A stretch of 64,000 nucleotides of DNA from Octopus sinensis (lineage: Eukaryota), in contig NC_042998.1 of the NCBI RefSeq assembly GCF_006345805.1, positions 7,192,001-7,256,000 on the forward strand. The letters run 5' to 3'. The notes beneath the pieces were generated by a model, which was not told the DNA's origin, did not search any database, and saw nothing but the letters and a program-made list of their open reading frames with translations. Position numbers and translations under genes: made by a program. Below are positions 60,660 to 64,000 of the stretch, in pieces (the first letter of the stretch is position 1; each line of letters begins with the position of its first letter).

Positions 60660-61054
60660 TTTTAAAGATATATATAACTCTGAGCACCTTTTCAAACTCC
60701 ACCCATCTAACACCCGTGGATATATTTACAAAGTCAGAAAAGAGCACAGCTCCCATGACTTCAGGAAACATTTTTTCACGCTGAGAGTTGCTGAAGCATG
60801 GAACAAACTGCTGGCATCAGTTGTTAGTTGTCAGAGCACTGCATCCTTCAAAACTTCCATGCTTCCTGAGATTCTCCAACACTACACCTGATTTTCTCCT
60901 CCCTTCCATACACACGCAAGCATGTATCTGACTCATACATTGTTCGCTTTCCAGACATTTGTACATTACTGCATACACTTTATACGCACTTTTGACGAGT
61001 TATGGTGTACCTGAGCACTGTATACAATAATTTTATTATTATTATTATTATTAT
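60660..61054 (+). mobile_element. CR1-clade LINE family 2, 3' fragment
   Basis: HLFKLHPSNTRGYIYKVRK...RKHFFTLRVAEAWNKL is a CR1 C-terminus, followed by a 3' UTR and (ATT)n tail. Clearly different from family 1. Confidence 0.8.
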
Positions 61055-61649
61055 AAAAATCACAATACAAAGATGGGTAATGCTGCAAAACACTATACTA
61101 TGTTAGTAGTACTACACTTAATAAAGGAGTGGCCAGGTAAGAACATTTGGACATGTGGCAAGCTGGCAGAATCGTTAGCATGCTGGATGAAATGCTAAGC
61201 GGTATTGTGCCAGTCGCTATGTTCTGAGTTCAAATTCCACCGAGGTCGACTTTGCCTTTCATCCTTTCAGGGTCAAAAATTAAGTAAATTAAGTGCCTGT
61301 GAAACCCTGGGATCAATGTAATCAACTAGTCTCCTCCCCCAAATTCCAGACCTTGTGCCTTTTGTAGAAAGGATTATTAGACATACTATTAAAATGGTAG
61401 AATCATTACCACGTCAAGCAAAATGCTTAGCGGCATTTCATCCATTTTTACCTCCTGAATTCAAATTCCACTGGCATTACCTTCACTTTATATCCTCTAA
61501 TTCATCATCATCATCATCATCATCGTTTAACGTCCGCTTTCCATGCTAGCATGGGTTGGACGAGCACTGGGGGTCAATGTAATTGACTTAATCCCTTCCC
61601 TGAAATTGTTGGCTTTGTGCCAAAATTTGAAACCATTATTAAATATACA

Positions 61650-61903
61650 CTGGAGGCACGTGGCTTAGTGGTTAGGGTGTCAGCATCATGATCGTAAGAT
61701 TGTGGTTTCAATCCTGGACCGGGCGACACGTGTTCTTGAGCAAAATACTTCATTTCACGTTGTTCCAGTCCACTCGGCTGGCAAAAATGAGTAACACTGC
61801 GATGGACTAGTGTCTCGTCCAGCTGGGAATACATACGCCATAGAAACCAGGAAACTGGGCCCATGAGCCTGGCTAGGCTTTAAAAGGGCGCATATATTTT
61901 ATT
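61650..61903 (+). mobile_element. SINE-D, 14-bp TSD
   Basis: TSD TTATTAAATATACA at 61636-61649 and 61904-61917; closely matches 15396-15659. Confidence 0.88.
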
Positions 61904-62774
61904 TTATTAAATATACAATTAAGACAGTGAGCTGGTAGAATTGTTACCATGATAAGACAAAACACTTAGCACCATTTCTTCCAGCTCTTTACATTCTAAG
62001 TTCAAACTTTGCCTAGGTCAACTTTGCCTTTCATTCTTTCAGAGCCAATGAAATAGGTACCAGTTGAACACTGAGGTTGATGTAATTAACTATCCCCCTC
62101 CCCAAAAATTTCAGGCCTTGTGCCTACGACAGGAAGGCTTATTAAGTGTACCATTTTACTTTGTGGATGAGAAATTTTGTCGATATCATGTCACTTTGAT
62201 AAAAGTTACATAACAATATGGACAAAACAGCTGCATATTGTTATTGTTTCCTGAAATTTCTTGCATTGCTTTGAAACTAAAGCTTATCTTTCTTTCTTTG
62301 TTCTTTCTTTCTATATTTCTTTCTTTCCTTTGTTGTCATTTCTTTCAGAGAATATTTACATTGTTCCGTTAAAATTGCTCGCTCTCAATTTATGATGCTA
62401 TATAGTCAAGGTCTTATTGTTGTTGTTGTTGTTTTAAAAATTTTCTTTTGTCAAAATTATCAACATAATACGGCTGTTTAAAGTAGACAATGTTATTGTT
62501 GGTTTTTAAAATTGGCTTCATTTAATGTTCTGAGAATTTCATAAGTTTAAGACAGACATCTTTTTATAAAAGCTGCTTACCTGCTATGCTTAGAATGGCT
62601 TATGTTGCAATTCTTCTTATTATTATTATTAAAGATGAATGTAAATTTCTTTACCTTCATCAGGCAAAACATTATTACAGTTGTCGTTTAAACAATTTTG
62701 TGTTGCCATAAAGAAACATTACTTTACCCCTGTTGTGATGAGTAATTATAAAAGTATTATTTCTAAATAATATC

Positions 62775-63176
62775 ATCATTATCATCATCATCATTGTTTA
62801 ACGTCCGTTTTCCGCGCTAGCACAGGTTGGACGGTTCGACCGGGATCTGGGAAGCCAGGCGGCTGCACCAGGCTTCAGTCTGATCTGGCAGTGTTTCTAC
62901 GGCTGGATTCCCTTCCTAACGCCAACCACTCCGCGAGTGTAGTGGGTGCTTTTTACGTGCCACCGGCACAGGTGCCAGGGGGGGTCTGGCATCGGCCATG
63001 ATCGGTTGGTGCTTTTAACATGCCACCGGCTCGGAAGCCAGCCAAGGCGGCGCTGGCATCGGCCACGTTCGGATGGTGCTTTTTATGTGCCACCGGCACA
63101 GAAGCCAGTCGAGACGGTGCTGGCATCGGCCACGTTCAGATGGTGCTTTTTATGTGCCACCGGCACAGAAGCCTGG
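62775..63176 (-). mobile_element. Retroposon family C with 4 modules
   Basis: Modules start ggtgctttt at 62945, 63008, 63075 and 63142. Confidence 0.85.
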
Positions 63177-63414
63177 GCCATTATTTATTTGACCCACATC
63201 TAAGGAGTATATCACAAAAATAGTACTACAAAACAGCACTCCAGGAAAAATGTATTATAAGATGAATTTGGGTTGTTGCCATTGTTATTTAGTCATGAGC
63301 AATGCTGGATTAACCATTAAGCAAAATAAGCACATACTTATGGCATCAAGGGAAGTGGGGGCACTACAGAAGTGGTAAATGGTTTATGGCACAAAAGAAA
63401 TCGCTGTAAAATAG

Positions 63415-63830
63415 CAGCAGGAGTGGCTGTGTGGTAAGTAGCTTGTTTACCAACCACATGGTTCTGGGTTCAGTCCCACTGCGTGGCACCTTGGATAAGT
63501 GTCTTCTACTATAGCCTCGGGCTGACCAAAGCCTTGTGAGTGTATTTAGTAGACGGAAACTGAAAGAAGGCCGTCGTATATATGTATATATATGTGTGTG
63601 TGTATATGTTTTTTGTGTGTGTGTTTGTCCCCCTCGACAACCGATACTGGTGTGTTTATGTTGCCGTCACTTAGCGGTTCAGCAAAAGAGACCGATAGAA
63701 TAAGTACTAGGCTTACAAAGAATAAGTCCCGGGGTTGAGTTGCTCGACTAAAGGCGGTGCCCCAGCATGGCCACAGTCAAATGACTGAAACAAGTAAAAG
63801 AGTAAAAGAGTAGAGTAAAAGAGTAAACCT
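63415..63830 (+). mobile_element. SINE-A, full length
   Basis: Family consensus from head to tail. Confidence 0.9.
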
Positions 63831-64000
63831 GCTAAGGTAATATTTGGGATGCCTTGTCTCTACCAAGTATAGAAACAGATATCTTACATAAGATTCATTT
63901 TGAGAATCTGATCAAAGAATTTTTCAATTAAAAAAATGTAGATGAAAACTTTTCAAATGTAACTCAAGTGGAAGAATACAAAAATGAAAAATATTTCTAT

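Noticed and set aside
62945-63176. CRISPR-like array (recurring ggtgctttttacgtgccaccggcac with about 40-bp intervals; also 46845-47060 and others)
   Set aside because: The intervening segments are homologous to one another, so these are whole-unit tandem repeats. They lie inside a eukaryotic retroposon and there are no cas genes.

Overview
AT-rich eukaryotic (animal) genomic DNA, with no prokaryotic features. The SINE families and the microsatellite load look like an Octopus/coleoid cephalopod genome; that assignment is pattern recognition and has not been verified. The only host coding sequence I can support is two + strand exons of a Ras-specific guanine nucleotide-releasing factor (RasGRF) gene. 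Exon 27149-27229 ends the coiled coil (...EEIRKIKK) and exon 47925-48178 carries the IQ motif plus the start of the DH domain ([14 protein letters not shown]...SIFLN). They are joined by a 20.7-kb phase-0 intron, so most or all of the window is probably RasGRF intron. The rest is a dense mosaic of tRNA-headed SINEs (labelled A, B and D here) and a (GAT)n-tailed retroposon with an internal 63-67-bp VNTR (C). It also holds 3' fragments of CR1, RTE and L1/Tx1 LINEs, Penelope-like terminal fragments embedded in (TA)n, two non-autonomous Helitrons, Tc1/mariner, Tigger-like and piggyBac-like MITEs, and many micro- and minisatellites. Four observations stand out. (1) Four covarying minimal hammerhead-ribozyme-like motifs with non-canonical cores sit in the Penelope-like fragments. 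(2) Four near-perfect fold-back inverted repeats with 97-125-bp arms are present, one ending 81 nt upstream of a RasGRF splice acceptor. (3) One SINE family shows a GGT target-site preference. (4) A lone CpG-rich promoter/LTR-like island lies at about 31.7-32.0 kb. Repeat boundaries were read by eye and are approximate unless a TSD or TIR is quoted.
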